DNA of 63,502 nt, counting the filler, from Folioceros fuciformis (lineage: Eukaryota): the NCBI GenBank assembly GCA_049999805.1. It is 11 parts of 11 records of this genome, joined end to end, with 100 filler letters (N's around TTAATTAATTAA, not from the genome) between each part and the next. Parts side by side here need not be neighbours in the genome. Positions count along the whole stretch, not along the records: positions 61,171 to 63,502 come from JBNGIO010000924.1; 10 more parts are not named here. One strand, given 5' to 3'. A program made the translations under genes and the position numbers. Positions 62,080-63,502 of the stretch are shown here, piece after piece; positions within the stretch are counted from its first letter, which is position 1; each line of letters opens with the position of its first letter. Under the pieces are notes generated by a model that saw only the letters and a program-made list of their open reading frames with translations, had not been told where the DNA came from and searched no databases.

Positions 62080-63502
62080 CATCCAATAAAAACTGAATCA
62101 AGTCAAAGTACATTGAATTTCAAAAAAGAATAATTTAATTATTTAAAATTTTAATATAAAAATATCTTAAATATTTTTTGTAAGCAATTGTGATAATTAA
62201 CCACTAACCTATATATTGAATAACAGAATAATAACTAATAAGTTAATAATATTCTAACACTCCCACTTAACCTAAGAAGATATGTGAATGGCCATATCCC
62301 ACAACAACTACAAAACAATGAGCTCCAAAACCAATTGAAGGTACGCATAGCTAACGCCTTAACTCATAGGGAATACGACGAGAATGATGGAGGGAGTACC
62401 TTCAAATGAAGCATGGTGCAAATGAGCATGGAAGATCACGCTCCTAGGCAAAACCTTATAGTCTTGTTAAGACTAGAAGGGGCACTTCACTTGACACCAA
62501 CAAGTAATGAATGCTATTGGAAGCACACATAGCAATAGGTGTAGGAGGGATGGACCATCTACATCTATGTATGCCTAGTTCCCAAACACCGATAACTAGC
62601 CTTAAATATTTGCATGCTTTGGCAAGGGCCTTAGCCTTCCCAAACACCGATAACTAGCCTTAAATATTTGCATGCTTTGGTAAGGGCCTTAGCCTTCCCA
62701 AACACCGATAACTAGCCTTAAATATTTGCATGCTTTGGCAAGGGCCTTAGCCAAAGCATGCAATTAGACTCATCAGTTGGTAAGAGGGGCAAGAAAAGCA
62801 CATAGAGACTTGTCTGCTCAAACTTGTCCTCTTGTTTTTTAATCTTCATGTTGCTGTCATGATTCATTAAGATTGAGGAAGAGCCTCTCTCAAGTTGAGA
62901 TAGACAAAACAAGCTTCTAGAAAAAAAAACATAGCCTTGTAGAAGAAATTGCAAACCCTATATCTCTACTTCATATCTTGTTTTTTTTATAAGGCATGCT
63001 AAAAAGAAGTGCCTAATATCGACCACTGTCTTTGAATGCTCATACAAAAGTAGAAGATGTTCCTCGTGAAGTCAACCCCTCAAGTTTCACTAGCATCAAC
63101 CTTCAAACCTGTGCCAACTTTGAGTATGCTACCTCCTCATCGTAGTTTATCTTTATAGCTAGTCATCTCCAGATACTTAGCCAATGGAAAAATTCTACAA
63201 AGGTTTAATACATGTTGATCCTAATCATCATCCAAATGTGAGATACGACTAGAGATACTTTGAGGAGGACTCAAGAAACATCTAAGGAGTGATTAGAAGA
63301 AAGATTGCTAGCTCATAGTGGGGCATCCAATACTAAATCACTAGATGCATAGCGTGAAAAATGGATAGTACTTAAAGCATCTTCATAAGGTAAATACAAA
63401 GTAGGTGGCTTCAAAAATAACTAAATAGAATTTACACTAGTACTTGCAATTGTTATTAAAAATATTAACCCTTAGATAAATTACTTATTAGTTCAAGATC
63501 TG
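62080..63502 (-). mobile_element. Degenerate copia-like element 3' end (PPT plus LTR start near 62258)
   Basis: Minus strand reads AAGTGGGAG|TGTTAGAATA. Upstream sequence is decayed pol-like. The LTR end is not defined. Confidence 0.45.
62579..62755. repeat. 59-bp tandem repeat x3
   Basis: TTCCCAAACACCGATAACTAGCCTTAAATATTTGCATGCTTTGG(C/T)AAGGGCCTTAGCC occurs three times. Confidence 0.92.

Overview
Land-plant nuclear DNA. The window is gene-dense, introns are mostly 70-110 nt, and GC-rich genes alternate with AT-rich TE islands; this compact style suggests a non-seed plant such as a hornwort, moss or lycophyte, but I cannot determine the taxon. It is not one continuous sequence: 11 contigs are joined by ten identical 100-nt artificial linkers (N44-TTAATTAATTAA-N44). 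Spliced genes I could reconstruct by hand: GAT1-like GABA/amino-acid transporter, an orphan coiled-coil/C2H2 protein, a divergent SWEET (truncated), a small coiled-coil protein, dienelactone hydrolase, Enhancer of Polycomb EPL1, MAP1A (truncated), NAD-IDH catalytic subunit, the last exon of eIF4B, PP2A B'', thymidine kinase, dihydroorotase, sucrose-phosphate synthase (truncated) and a PLIP-type lipase. TE content includes nested copia LTR pieces, a pogo-like DNA transposon split by a LINE, CRE-like non-LTR remnants and many minisatellites. Best leads: (1) an intact antisense ORF in the 3' internal region of a short-LTR retroelement, starting MARLK, a possible histone-H3-tail mimic; (2) a pogo/LINE nest whose TIRs and TSD indicate that contig 17312-21127 is inverted in this assembly; (3) tandem pyrimidine genes (dihydroorotase then thymidine kinase); (4) three GC-AG introns. 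All family assignments come from recalled motifs, not database searches. No clearly new multi-gene system is proven.
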